Positions 30,368 to 38,472 of a stretch of DNA of 64,000 nt are shown here, one piece after another. The number at the start of each line of letters is the position of its first letter. Position 1 is the first letter of the stretch. Both the position numbers and the translations under genes were made by a program. The stretch lies in the IMG/VR virus record IMGVR_UViG_3300020411_003736, positions 1 through 64,000 of that record; one strand, given 5' to 3'. The notes beneath the pieces were generated by a model. It searched no databases. It worked only from the letters and a program-made list of their open reading frames with translations, and was not told where the DNA came from. This DNA comes from a virus.

Positions 30368-30497
30368 ATTTATCCTTAGATTTTAGTTAAAATTTTTTTG
30401 GGTTTGAAAAGAAAGGAAGAAAGAATTCAAACCCGAAGTTCTTTGGAGAACGATAACCATTAGTGTACTTCCAACACATTGTAATATAACAATTATT

Positions 30498-30935
30498 TTA
30501 CTTACTTACAAGTATTTTATCAACTCTTTTTTTAAATCTTTTGTACATTTTATTTAAAGCCTTTCGCTGATTCAATGTCAATTGGCTACCCCTTCGCAAC
30601 CAACTATCCATACTTTTTAAAAACTCATCAGCACTAAGCTCATAGGATGCTGTATATTTACATTGATATAAAAGAGATTGAATCTTAGTAATCTTTTCAC
30701 GACTTTTTTCAATTTTCTCTTTATAGTTAGGATCATTTTTCAAAAAGAAATATTTGGCATATCTTTTAACAGCTTTACTTACAGCCGCATTTTGTTTTTC
30801 TGTCAATACCCTACCTTTATGTAGGTGTTTATGCATATCTTTTATAAAGTCTTTAAAACCATTATCATTTTTCCAATAAGCATCATCACTTATCATATGT
30901 GCTAATTGGTCTTTTCTTTTACTAGCTGAAACCAT
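30498..30935 (-). CDS. Hypothetical protein
   Basis: Two internal LT-x-x-Q repeats. Confidence 0.5.
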   Translation of the reverse strand: MVSASKRKDQLAHMISDDAYWKNDNGFKDFIKDMHKHLHKGRVLTEKQNAAVSKAVKRYAKYFFLKNDPNYKEKIEKSREKITKIQSLLYQCKYTASYELSADEFLKSMDSWLRRGSQLTLNQRKALNKMYKRFKKRVDKILVSK

Positions 30936-30938
30936 TAT

Positions 30939-31316
30939 TTAATAAGGACCATCAATTGTTGATTCTAAATTACCCCACATAAGAAGAGAACCTACTAACT
31001 TATCATCATTATCTGTCCACTCATCATTAGTTTTATCTTCCCAATAAATCTCACCTGTATCGTGATTGTATATTTGATGAACATGCATTTCATCATCTTT
31101 ATAATACCACACAACAGCTAACATTTTTATTTCATCAATCTCTTTTTGTGGTATTCTTGTACCATCATTATTTGTTAAACAATTAGTTTCATCCAATAAT
31201 GCAAGTAATGTAATATTCCTCAATGGTGTATTATCTACTTCATCGACACCAATTAAATAACTGGTGGGATAGATTGTTTCATCATAATTCCAATAATGAT
31301 TTTCTGTGTATTTCAT
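30939..31316 (-). CDS. Hypothetical early protein
   Basis: First gene after an early-type promoter. Confidence 0.5.
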   Translation of the reverse strand: MKYTENHYWNYDETIYPTSYLIGVDEVDNTPLRNITLLALLDETNCLTNNDGTRIPQKEIDEIKMLAVVWYYKDDEMHVHQIYNHDTGEIYWEDKTNDEWTDNDDKLVGSLLMWGNLESTIDGPY

Positions 31317-31337
31317 AATATTTTCCCTTTATTAACA

Positions 31338-31380
31338 CCTAAAGCTAATAATAAAATGCAATACAAGTCAAGACTTTTTT
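31338..31380 (-). promoter_or_regulatory. Early-type promoter (A-tract, TTGACT-N18-TAGCTTTAG)
   Basis: Member of a family of at least 7 near-identical intergenic elements. Confidence 0.7.
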
Positions 31381-32162
31381 TAAATAAATTTATCCACTTC
31401 TCTTTGTTCTTCGACTTCGACTTTCTGGATTTCTGCGGTGTTTATAGTGTCGGCGGGATAAGGATATAGTTTATGTTTTAGTTTTGATTTGTATAGTCTG
31501 TTTTCTTTTTTGTTTCCGATGAAATAGAGATATCTATGTTTCTCTGCTTCCTTCTTCAACCAAAATGTTTTACCTATTTTCTTAATTAAATTTTTGGGTG
31601 CGGCTGAACCATATAAAGAATAAACGGTTCTGCTATGTATCCACTCTCCATCTTCTGTGAGTCTTAAACTGAATGTTGGCGCCATCTGTATTTCGCCGCA
31701 CCCTTGATATAACCAATTAGTTGCTTGATAAATTTTACCTGAATGATTTTGTTCAGGATCTGCATATGATATTAATACTTTAATGTTTGGTGCGTTCTGT
31801 TTCAACCAAGCAAACATAGCACCTAATACAAGTGATTCTATATTCTTACCATAACCATCATCAATATAAAGTCTTGTAAGTTCTAAAAGATTTGTTGTTT
31901 CCAATCCTATATCTTCACTAAAGATAGAACCCAACACTCTTCTTCCTACGGGAAAACCAAGGGTCATACAACCTATGAGAGTTTCTTTGGATTCGTTTTC
32001 GAAGAATGGATGTGGGGAATCATCTTTATAAAAGATTCCTAAAGCATATCTACAAGAAGAAGATTTATGAGTATAATGTTTTTCAACAATTATATTCTTT
32101 GCTTGTTTCTTAGGTATTTGTTGTAGATATACTTTTGATTTATCTACATATTTTTCTTCCAT
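31380..32162 (-). CDS. Mom-like (GNAT-fold) DNA adenine modification protein
   Basis: HY..; LELTRL; VLISYADPEQNHSGKIYQATNWLYQG is characteristic of Mom-family proteins. Confidence 0.7.
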   Translation of the reverse strand: MEEKYVDKSKVYLQQIPKKQAKNIIVEKHYTHKSSSCRYALGIFYKDDSPHPFFENESKETLIGCMTLGFPVGRRVLGSIFSEDIGLETTNLLELTRLYIDDGYGKNIESLVLGAMFAWLKQNAPNIKVLISYADPEQNHSGKIYQATNWLYQGCGEIQMAPTFSLRLTEDGEWIHSRTVYSLYGSAAPKNLIKKIGKTFWLKKEAEKHRYLYFIGNKKENRLYKSKLKHKLYPYPADTINTAEIQKVEVEEQREVDKFI

Positions 32163-32197
32163 ACCATATAACTCGGTTATCGTTCACTTAAAATTTG

Positions 32198-32269
32198 AGC
32201 GGTGTTAGAGAATCGAACTCCACCTTCTTCGTTGGAAACGAAGTGTATCGCCTTTGATACTTCCACCGC
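32198..32269 (-). tRNA. tRNA-Gly (UCC)
   Basis: GCGGTGG AA GTAT CAAAGGCG ATAC A CTTCG TTTCCAA CGAAG AAGG TGGAG TTCGATT CTCTA ACACCGC T. Cloverleaf with U73 discriminator; CCA not encoded. Confidence 0.88.
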
Positions 32270-32277
32270 AAATCAAT

Positions 32278-32340
32278 GGGTAACTCTGTTGTCTTTTATT
32301 CTTGAATTCTAGTGGAGAAAAAAGATCGATCGAATTACCC
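32278..32340 (-). ncRNA. Small hairpin RNA element B
   Basis: Closing stem GGGUAAUUC/GAGUUACCC plus inner UCUUUU-UUCU/AGAA-UAAAAGA. Confidence 0.4.
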
Positions 32341-32351
32341 ATAAAACTTTA

Positions 32352-32771
32352 TTGGAATTTAGGTGGGATGTGAGATTAACGATTACTCACAACTTTCAGC
32401 TCAGATTTTTTATACCTTGTACCTAACACCTATCAGCTACTATAGTTCTTTGTAATGAATGGTTAGTTCACGTAACAAAGTGAGTACAACCTCTGTGTTA
32501 TTACCTTATCTCTCTGAGTTTAGATTATTCAGTCATAAAGTGGGATTAGGTTTTATCCGACCCACAACAAGGTCAAAGAATCGTGTTCTTTATTTTTCTG
32601 AAAGTACATTAGATGGTAGATGTCTCTACAGGACAGTTAAACCTCTACAACATTTAGCAGAGTTCCAAGCACCATACTTCATCTTAGATTCCCTTATGAG
32701 CTTCAAAGTATACTCATTATTCAGGCAATCCCATACAGAGTTAATTACTCTCTGTACTTTCCTATTCCAAA
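32352..32771 (-). ncRNA. Large (~420 nt) structured ncRNA, ROOL/GOLLD-class candidate
   Basis: No ORF on the transcribed strand; ends pair (UUGGAAU/AUUCCAA, AGG/CCU, UGGGAU/AUCCCA); many internal and long-range helices; adjacent to a tRNA. Confidence 0.7.
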
Positions 32772-32786
32772 TTTTCAAAAATCAAG

Positions 32787-32842
32787 GGTTGATGCCAGAA
32801 GAACTATGTTCTAACAGTGATGATATACATCCTAATCAACCC
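32787..32842 (-). ncRNA. Small three-way-junction RNA element A
   Basis: GGGUUGAU/AUCAACCC closes two hairpins (GAUG/CAUC, AGAAC/GUUCU); starts right after the predicted TSS. Confidence 0.45.
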
Positions 32843-32854
32843 ATATCTTATATA

Positions 32855-32890
32855 TTAATATAAGTATATTTATATATATAAGTCAAGAGG
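32855..32890 (-). promoter_or_regulatory. Promoter of the ncRNA/tRNA cluster
   Basis: TTGACT (32886-32881)-N18-TATATT. Confidence 0.6.
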
Positions 32891-33164
32891 TTTTTTTATT
32901 TTTTTTTAATCCTAATAACTTTAAATTATGTGATATAAAACCACCAATCTCTTTCTTACCTACCTTGCTTCTATATACATTCTCTAATCGTGTCCATGGA
33001 CAATCTAATGTTCTACTGAATGCTAAATGCATTATCCAAGCACAAATTGGAAATGAAATATAGAATGGTTCACATATCAACACCAATGGTACTGACACTC
33101 CAGCCATGATAAGAAATATCCAATGTGATAATTGAATAAAAAATAATATTAATTTATTTACCAT
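32883..33164 (-). CDS. Small membrane protein (DUF2784-like)
   Basis: Two TM helices and CPWTRLEN motif. Confidence 0.5.
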   Translation of the reverse strand: MVNKLILFFIQLSHWIFLIMAGVSVPLVLICEPFYISFPICAWIMHLAFSRTLDCPWTRLENVYRSKVGKKEIGGFISHNLKLLGLKKNKKTS

Positions 33165-33775
33165 AAGATAAGCGCTTTATCATCCCATTGTTGATATGTT
33201 TTTATATCAAAATTATTTGGATTCAAAAGAGGTCTTGTATTTGATAAAAATTCCATATTGATAGAAATTCTTGGCTCTTCACTCTTACAAGGATTTGGTT
33301 TATGTGACAACCAACCAGGCATAAGAAAGAGATGTTTTTCAAATGGTTTAATTTCTACCTCTTCCCCATTTTCCACCATCAAACTCAATGTACCATCAGT
33401 ATCTGGAACACTTGCATAGTAAACACCATTTACCGAAGCTCTGTTACAATGGTTGTGCCAATAAGAATCATATCTCTTTTTACCATAAGATACATAAGCA
33501 CATCCAAGTGATTTATTGGGATTCATACTCATACAATTTTCAGGTAGATTATTAAACAATTTATGACATCCATGTTTAAAGATATTATAAAGATTTTTCA
33601 TTTCCCATGTATCATCCATTCGTGTATTATAAGTTCCTTCCTCTAAATTGGATCTTTCCTTATTATCCGATTCTATAGATTGTTCCACCAACTTATCATT
33701 AGTTTCATCATCTATAACATCTGATAAATCCAATCTCAATAACCATGGATAGTTTTTTATTGGCAATAAATTCAT
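33158..33775 (-). CDS. 2OG-Fe(II) oxygenase-like protein
   Basis: WHNH..VNGVYY..LFLMPGWLSH..RISINM. Confidence 0.7.
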   Translation of the reverse strand: MNLLPIKNYPWLLRLDLSDVIDDETNDKLVEQSIESDNKERSNLEEGTYNTRMDDTWEMKNLYNIFKHGCHKLFNNLPENCMSMNPNKSLGCAYVSYGKKRYDSYWHNHCNRASVNGVYYASVPDTDGTLSLMVENGEEVEIKPFEKHLFLMPGWLSHKPNPCKSEEPRISINMEFLSNTRPLLNPNNFDIKTYQQWDDKALILW

Positions 33776-34350
33776 TTATTGAAATATTTAAAAACTCTAT
33801 TGACATAAAAGTTATCTGATATATAAGCATAACTATATTTTTTTGTAGCAGTTGGACCGTGACTATAGCCTGTTAAAGCATAATACCAATCATCACCAGA
33901 GTTGTGATATAAATCAGAAAGATACATTATACCAACAGTTACATTAACATATGGATCATATAAATCTTCTTTAGGTGTTTTGAATTCACTATATGCTGTT
34001 TCAGGTTTTATCTGCATCAATCCTATAGCACCACTCGTAGATACTGCTTTGTGATCCCAACTTGATTCAGTCATTATAACTGATTTAGCCAAATCATATG
34101 GTACGGTATATTCATCACATAAGGCATGGATATAAATCAACACATGCTTTAGTTTGGATTTATTTAATGATGAATTTATTTGTTCTGCATCATCGGAAAA
34201 GTTTGGTTTGGGTTTTTCTATTTCAACTAAATTATCAATCTTACGAACTACAGTTTTTATTGGAACTTCATACATATTTTCCATATAGAAAACTACAGCG
34301 GCAAACGCAGTAAGTATTCCCATTATAAAAGTTGTTTTAGGGTTATTCAT
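33772..34350 (-). CDS. Lytic transglycosylase (SLT domain) with N-terminal anchor
   Basis: VIMTESSW..AVSTSGAIGLMQI..LYDPYVNV..G..YL..YSHG. Confidence 0.85.
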   Translation of the reverse strand: MNNPKTTFIMGILTAFAAVVFYMENMYEVPIKTVVRKIDNLVEIEKPKPNFSDDAEQINSSLNKSKLKHVLIYIHALCDEYTVPYDLAKSVIMTESSWDHKAVSTSGAIGLMQIKPETAYSEFKTPKEDLYDPYVNVTVGIMYLSDLYHNSGDDWYYALTGYSHGPTATKKYSYAYISDNFYVNRVFKYFNK

Positions 34351-34804
34351 TATTATCTCCTGTTTTATGTTTCATATCTTGTTTAGTTTTTTCTTTGTGA
34401 CATTTACGACATAAGGTTTGTAGATTCTTCTCATCCCAATATGACCAATCCACCTCATCAGCTGTTTTATTCTTTTGTTCATACAATGGTTTGATATGGT
34501 CTATTTCAAATCGTACATCATAATTACCACATTCAGCACATTCACAATAATCTCTTTTTTTGATATACTTTCTAATATGTTTAGAATTGTATATCATCAA
34601 ATATTGTTCACTACATTCTGGATGCCAACTAGCCCTATTATTTCTTCTACCATATTCATCATTAATAACAGAACCACACCACCTACACTGACCCCTTTCC
34701 TTTATATCATAATAGGAATCAGGCTTAGGTGGATATCGATAATCCTTTTCTTGATAATCGAATTTTCTAGACTTTCTTCCGAGTGTTCTTCTTATCCTTG
34801 GCAT
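34343..34804 (-). CDS. HNH endonuclease
   Basis: CAEC..IDHIKPL..NLQTLCRKCH. Confidence 0.85.
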   Translation of the reverse strand: MPRIRRTLGRKSRKFDYQEKDYRYPPKPDSYYDIKERGQCRWCGSVINDEYGRRNNRASWHPECSEQYLMIYNSKHIRKYIKKRDYCECAECGNYDVRFEIDHIKPLYEQKNKTADEVDWSYWDEKNLQTLCRKCHKEKTKQDMKHKTGDNNE

Positions 34805-34961
34805 ACTTTTCGATATCTTCTTTCAAAGAATATAACTCACATCTTGCGGAATCAACATAAGACTTACCATCACTATTACAATCATATTCTGGAATAGAAT
34901 AGTAAGCATCATCTAAAGCACCCTCTATTTCGATTAATTTTTCTAATATTTTATCTAACAT
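34767..34961 (-). CDS. Hypothetical protein
   Basis: AAGGAG RBS; packed ORF. Confidence 0.5.
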   Translation of the reverse strand: MLDKILEKLIEIEGALDDAYYSIPEYDCNSDGKSYVDSARCELYSLKEDIEKYAKDKKNTRKKV

Positions 34962-34974
34962 TTTTTACTCCTTA

Positions 34975-35337
34975 TTATAAATAGTTTGGACCTGTCCAAC
35001 TAAACCAATCGGTTCTACCATCGAAGATACTACCTCTAACCCATTTGGCTGGAGCATTCCAACTAGCAGCTTTGAATACATCCCCACACTCATAGGTTTG
35101 TCCTTTGAACACACCAGCTTTTTTAGCTATGAATCCCCAAACCCTACCTTTTTCAATAACCTTATCGAATTTCCTACCAGAGTTTATTTTCAAACCACTT
35201 CTAAATTGATTGACTCTATCTGCATTATTGTGAGGATTCCAATTGGCATAACTATTACCGATTTCGGTTAGTAGGTTTTCCACCGACTCATCGTATTTTG
35301 ATTCGTTTAACACACTATTTAGGTTCATCGTTGACAC
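34975..35337 (-). CDS. Conserved phage early protein
   Basis: GRKFDKV..VWGFI..GDVFKAASWNAPAK motif common in large phages. Confidence 0.6.
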   Translation of the reverse strand: MSTMNLNSVLNESKYDESVENLLTEIGNSYANWNPHNNADRVNQFRSGLKINSGRKFDKVIEKGRVWGFIAKKAGVFKGQTYECGDVFKAASWNAPAKWVRGSIFDGRTDWFSWTGPNYL

Positions 35338-35608
35338 TCCTATTTGAGAGATTTTCTTGAGAGATTTTTTGCTCTTCGCTGTCTATATATATAGAATTCA
35401 AAATCTCATCTAATGTTTCCCCTGTACCTTCAAAACCAGGTATTATATCTTTCATAAATGGTTCAATGCCAGAATCATTATCAGGAGCTGGATTGGATAG
35501 TATTTCATAATGTTCATCAGGTGTGAGTGGAATACCATCAACATATATTGGTTCAATATCTTCAGCCGACATTTGTTCAAAGATTATAGTTTCAGCTATG
35601 TTTCCCAT
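35315..35608 (-). CDS. Hypothetical protein
   Basis: Packed ORF in early cassette. Confidence 0.45.
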   Translation of the reverse strand: MGNIAETIIFEQMSAEDIEPIYVDGIPLTPDEHYEILSNPAPDNDSGIEPFMKDIIPGFEGTGETLDEILNSIYIDSEEQKISQENLSNRSVNDEPK

Positions 35609-35610
35609 AC

Positions 35611-35871
35611 TTATATCCCCATCGCTAATTCAGCTTTCATTTCATAGTATTCAGCTGCTGTGTCATCCAACTTTACATAAATAGAATCAGGAACGATTCT
35701 TTGTAATGTTGTCCAATCCTCAGTACTAAGAGCATCAAAGAACTCTTCATTCTCTATGTCGTCAATGTGACAAGCACCATCTACATCATAGTCACCATCA
35801 ACTAACATTGGATAAGTTACACCATTCTCATCAATGACACAACCAACACTATTTAAGTTTTTTAAAACCAT
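35611..35871 (-). CDS. Hypothetical protein
   Basis: Packed ORF in early cassette. Confidence 0.5.
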   Translation of the reverse strand: MVLKNLNSVGCVIDENGVTYPMLVDGDYDVDGACHIDDIENEEFFDALSTEDWTTLQRIVPDSIYVKLDDTAAEYYEMKAELAMGI

Positions 35872-35873
35872 AT

Positions 35874-36092
35874 CTACCCAACCTTCTTTCTGATGACAGT
35901 GTTATTAAGTAAATAATCCTCTTCCAACCTAGCCATCAACTTATCCCTACCTTCGTGACTCATCCAATTAACCCTATGGAACTTACCATTAACCCACATA
36001 TCAACCACTTTGATTGAATCAGTAACAGTGCTAAAGCAATACTCTACTTTAACATTGTCCTCATTTACAACATATTCAAAAACATAAGTCAT
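35874..36092 (-). CDS. Hypothetical protein
   Basis: First gene after an early-type promoter. Confidence 0.5.
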   Translation of the reverse strand: MTYVFEYVVNEDNVKVEYCFSTVTDSIKVVDMWVNGKFHRVNWMSHEGRDKLMARLEEDYLLNNTVIRKKVG

Positions 36093-36114
36093 TTATTTTT
36101 TTCCTTTTCTTTAC

Positions 36115-36160
36115 CCCTAAAGCTACAAAAGAAATACTATACAAGTCAAGAGGTTTTTTT
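36115..36160 (-). promoter_or_regulatory. Early-type promoter TTGACT-N18-TAGCTTTAG
   Basis: Same family as 31338-31380. Confidence 0.7.
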
Positions 36161-36272
36161 ACTTTTTTTTAATTTTTTTTTACTCGTTTAACTTGTAGTG
36201 TATTAATTAAAAATTTAATACTTTCCTGGATATCTTTATCCATTGATTTAAATAACTTCTGTACTTTTTTAT

Positions 36273-36710
36273 TCATTGGATTTCTTTTAATCCCGTTAGG
36301 TCACTACTGCTTCGTATCTTATCACCTAACCCATCAACCATCTCAATGTTATATTCTTTCATGACCTTTGTTTCAGGTATCTCACCCAATGACCTATCAC
36401 CACCATTGGCGAATATGTCTGGCTTTATGGCAGCTAAAGATTCACATACACTTCTATCTCTATCTATACTGAGAAAGGCTTTATCCACAACCTTTAATGA
36501 TTGTACTATCTTTAACCTATCTTGTTCTGGCATAAATGATTTACCCTTCTTCAACTCACATTGGTAATCATTATTCACTATCACTATAAGTTCACCCCAA
36601 AGTTCATCACCACTTAATGCTCTTTGGTCTGTTAATTTTCTAGCTAATTCTAAATACTCTATATGTCCCACATGTATGGGATCAAAATATCCACTTACTG
36701 CTACTCTCAT
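36273..36710 (-). CDS. Cytidylyltransferase-like nucleotidyltransferase (TagD/RfaE-C/FAD synthase family)
   Basis: SGYFDPIHVGH (HIGH motif), FANGGDR, RSSS. Confidence 0.85.
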   Translation of the reverse strand: MRVAVSGYFDPIHVGHIEYLELARKLTDQRALSGDELWGELIVIVNNDYQCELKKGKSFMPEQDRLKIVQSLKVVDKAFLSIDRDRSVCESLAAIKPDIFANGGDRSLGEIPETKVMKEYNIEMVDGLGDKIRSSSDLTGLKEIQ

Positions 36711-36931
36711 ACGAAAGGCGGAGTTTCTTTTTTTATCCACTCTATATCCTCATATCTATTATTACTTTTTGGATCTAATACTTTGCGTTCTATATCCTCT
36801 TTAGATTCCCCATATAGCCAGAATTGTATAACCTTACCCTTTGGTTTAAAAATGTCTATACATCTGGCTCTTATATGATACCATCCTTCTTGGTCTTCAT
36901 CATCTCCCCAAAAAGGATTATTTGTCATCAA
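36707..36931 (-). CDS. Hypothetical protein
   Basis: Packed ORF. Confidence 0.45.
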   Translation of the reverse strand: MMTNNPFWGDDEDQEGWYHIRARCIDIFKPKGKVIQFWLYGESKEDIERKVLDPKSNNRYEDIEWIKKETPPFV

Positions 36932-37172
36932 AGAAACCCATATCTTTTAATACAATTAATGCTAAATGATTAGCCATAGCTCTATACTTAGAATGATTAC
37001 CCAACGCATTAATCAGATTAACAAAATATTCAGTAGGAATATGTTCTATCTCAAATTCCATCATAGCTTCACACGCAGTTGCAAATGATTTTAATGCTAC
37101 ATCAACATCTTCAGGTAAGTTTTCTACCACTTTTAATTTTTTAAAAACTTCCGATAAATTTTCTTTTTCCAT
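36918..37172 (-). CDS. Hypothetical protein
   Basis: Follows TTGATT-N17-TATATT. Confidence 0.5.
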   Translation of the reverse strand: MEKENLSEVFKKLKVVENLPEDVDVALKSFATACEAMMEFEIEHIPTEYFVNLINALGNHSKYRAMANHLALIVLKDMGFFDDK

Positions 37173-37252
37173 ATCCTAATATACATTATTTCGTTTAATT
37201 AATCAAGCTTTATATTTATAAGTACAACGCGTTAATTTCATAGGAGTTTAAA

Positions 37253-37447
37253 ATGAAATCTATATTATCAGGAATACTTTCTCTCTTTATATTCTTTGGT
37301 GCTGTTCCAACTGCTAATGCTGCAGATATGAACATGGCAGGAATGGAAGAAGTAAAGAAAAAGAAGAAGAAGAAAGGTAAAAAACTTTCCGAAAAAGGAA
37401 AGAAAAAGAAGAAAGGATTCTTCTCAAAAGTATTTGGTTCTAAGTAA
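37253..37447 (+). CDS. Secreted lysine-rich peptide
   Basis: AGGAG RBS, signal peptide (ANA|A), poly-Lys, C-terminal GFFSKVFGSK; own promoter motif and terminator. Confidence 0.7.
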   Translation: MKSILSGILSLFIFFGAVPTANAADMNMAGMEEVKKKKKKKGKKLSEKGKKKKKGFFSKVFGSK

Positions 37448-37469
37448 CCAATCACTTTTAAATATACAA

Positions 37470-37503
37470 TAAAAAGCCAGATTATTTTTAATCTGGCTTT
37501 TTT
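37470..37503 (+). terminator. Intrinsic terminator (bidirectional shape)
   Basis: AAAAAGCCAGATTA-tttt-TAATCTGGCTTTTT. Confidence 0.8.
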
Positions 37504-37533
37504 ATATATTTTATTCTCTATATTTATGTATGT

Positions 37534-37797
37534 ATGGAAGAGTATTCTCAGTTTATACCAAAGGGTTCTGGCTCTAATATTAAGTTTGTGGTAAACATAG
37601 TAGGATTATTAGGTGCTATGGCTGGTGGATGGTATAAGTTAGAGAGTAGAGTATCTGATTTGGAAAGACAATTAGAGCAACAAGAAAAAGTTAAATCCAT
37701 ACAGCGTGAAATAGAATTGATGGAGAGAGACCAACAGTTAGAAGAATTAAAGTGGCAGTTTAAATTAGATTCATTAAAAATGGCTAACAATGATTAA
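37534..37797 (+). CDS. TM plus coiled-coil protein
   Basis: One TM helix then coiled coil; late motif upstream. Confidence 0.6.
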   Translation: MEEYSQFIPKGSGSNIKFVVNIVGLLGAMAGGWYKLESRVSDLERQLEQQEKVKSIQREIELMERDQQLEELKWQFKLDSLKMANND

Positions 37798-38026
37798 GTT
37801 AAAAGATTTACTTAACGAGAGATATGTATCAAAAAGGTCTGATACGATTGAAGATGTATATCAATCTGCAGTAGACTCATTAGAAGACTTATCTGATTTA
37901 TTCAAAAAACATGCACCAGAAGAAAGATTATTATCCCGTACTTTAGAAAAACAATCTATGATGGTAAGAAGAATGATAACTAAAAGTAAATCTTATCAAG
38001 ATATTAAGGATATGACAAATGATTAA
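37790..38026 (+). CDS. MIKLKDLLNE-leader protein
   Basis: Shared 5' cassette. Confidence 0.6.
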   Translation: MIKLKDLLNERYVSKRSDTIEDVYQSAVDSLEDLSDLFKKHAPEERLLSRTLEKQSMMVRRMITKSKSYQDIKDMTND

Positions 38027-38204
38027 ATTAAAATGGATTCTTGCAATAATTCTTTTATGTGGCGCCTTAGAACCTATTGAAGCTAATGTTAAAGAAGGTA
38101 AGGAACAAATAAAAGAAAAGAAACCAAAGAAACATACGCCAGGATGCAATTGTGGTGAACCACCAAAACCACCAAAGTTTTGGTTTTGGTTCAATTGGAA
38201 ATAA
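38019..38204 (+). CDS. MIKLK-leader small secreted-type protein
   Basis: Shared start, hydrophobic signal, HTPGCNC. Confidence 0.5.
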   Translation: MIKLKWILAIILLCGALEPIEANVKEGKEQIKEKKPKKHTPGCNCGEPPKPPKFWFWFNWK

Positions 38205-38205
38205 A

Positions 38206-38472
38206 ATGATTAAGTTAAAAGATTTACTAATAACATTCTTTCTGTTATCAACATTGAATGGGCAAGAGATACTAAAGGATGGTGTTAAACCAACATCATT
38301 TACTTATGAAGAAGCGGTAGAGATGTTAAAGGCTCGTGACGCTGAGTGGGAAGCTAAAGTTAAGAAGTTGGAAGAGAGAGTATATGTAGATTCTCTTATC
38401 ATAGTTGCAAAGAACGCTCACATTGAATCCCAAAAGAAACAGATAAAGGTATTGGAGTTACTTACAAAATGA
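38206..38472 (+). CDS. MIKLKDLL-leader protein with signal-like segment
   Basis: True start likely 38206 (22-nt cassette), not 38152. Confidence 0.55.
   Translation: MIKLKDLLITFFLLSTLNGQEILKDGVKPTSFTYEEAVEMLKARDAEWEAKVKKLEERVYVDSLIIVAKNAHIESQKKQIKVLELLTK

Noticed and set aside
30447-32185. 11-nt complementarity between the leader at ~30448-30458 and the mom-like gene leader at 32175-32185
   Set aside because: Too short to distinguish from chance without conservation data.
32352-32771. RNase P RNA assignment (AGGAAAGUAC resembles GAGGAAAGUCC)
   Set aside because: No convincing P4 partner or CR-V (ACAnAAnnCGGCUUA), and the motif lies too close to the 5' end; left for cmscan.
32459-32863. 134-aa plus-strand ORF
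   Set aside because: Opposes the local promoter, tRNA and gene orientation; non-protein-like composition; overlaps the heavily paired RNA.
34343-34804. HNH as an intron-encoded or mobile homing element
   Set aside because: No interrupted host gene or intron core seen; it is free-standing and translationally packed.
37216-37455. Minus-strand poly-Phe ORF
   Set aside because: Antisense of the poly-Lys gene, which has RBS, signal peptide and terminator.
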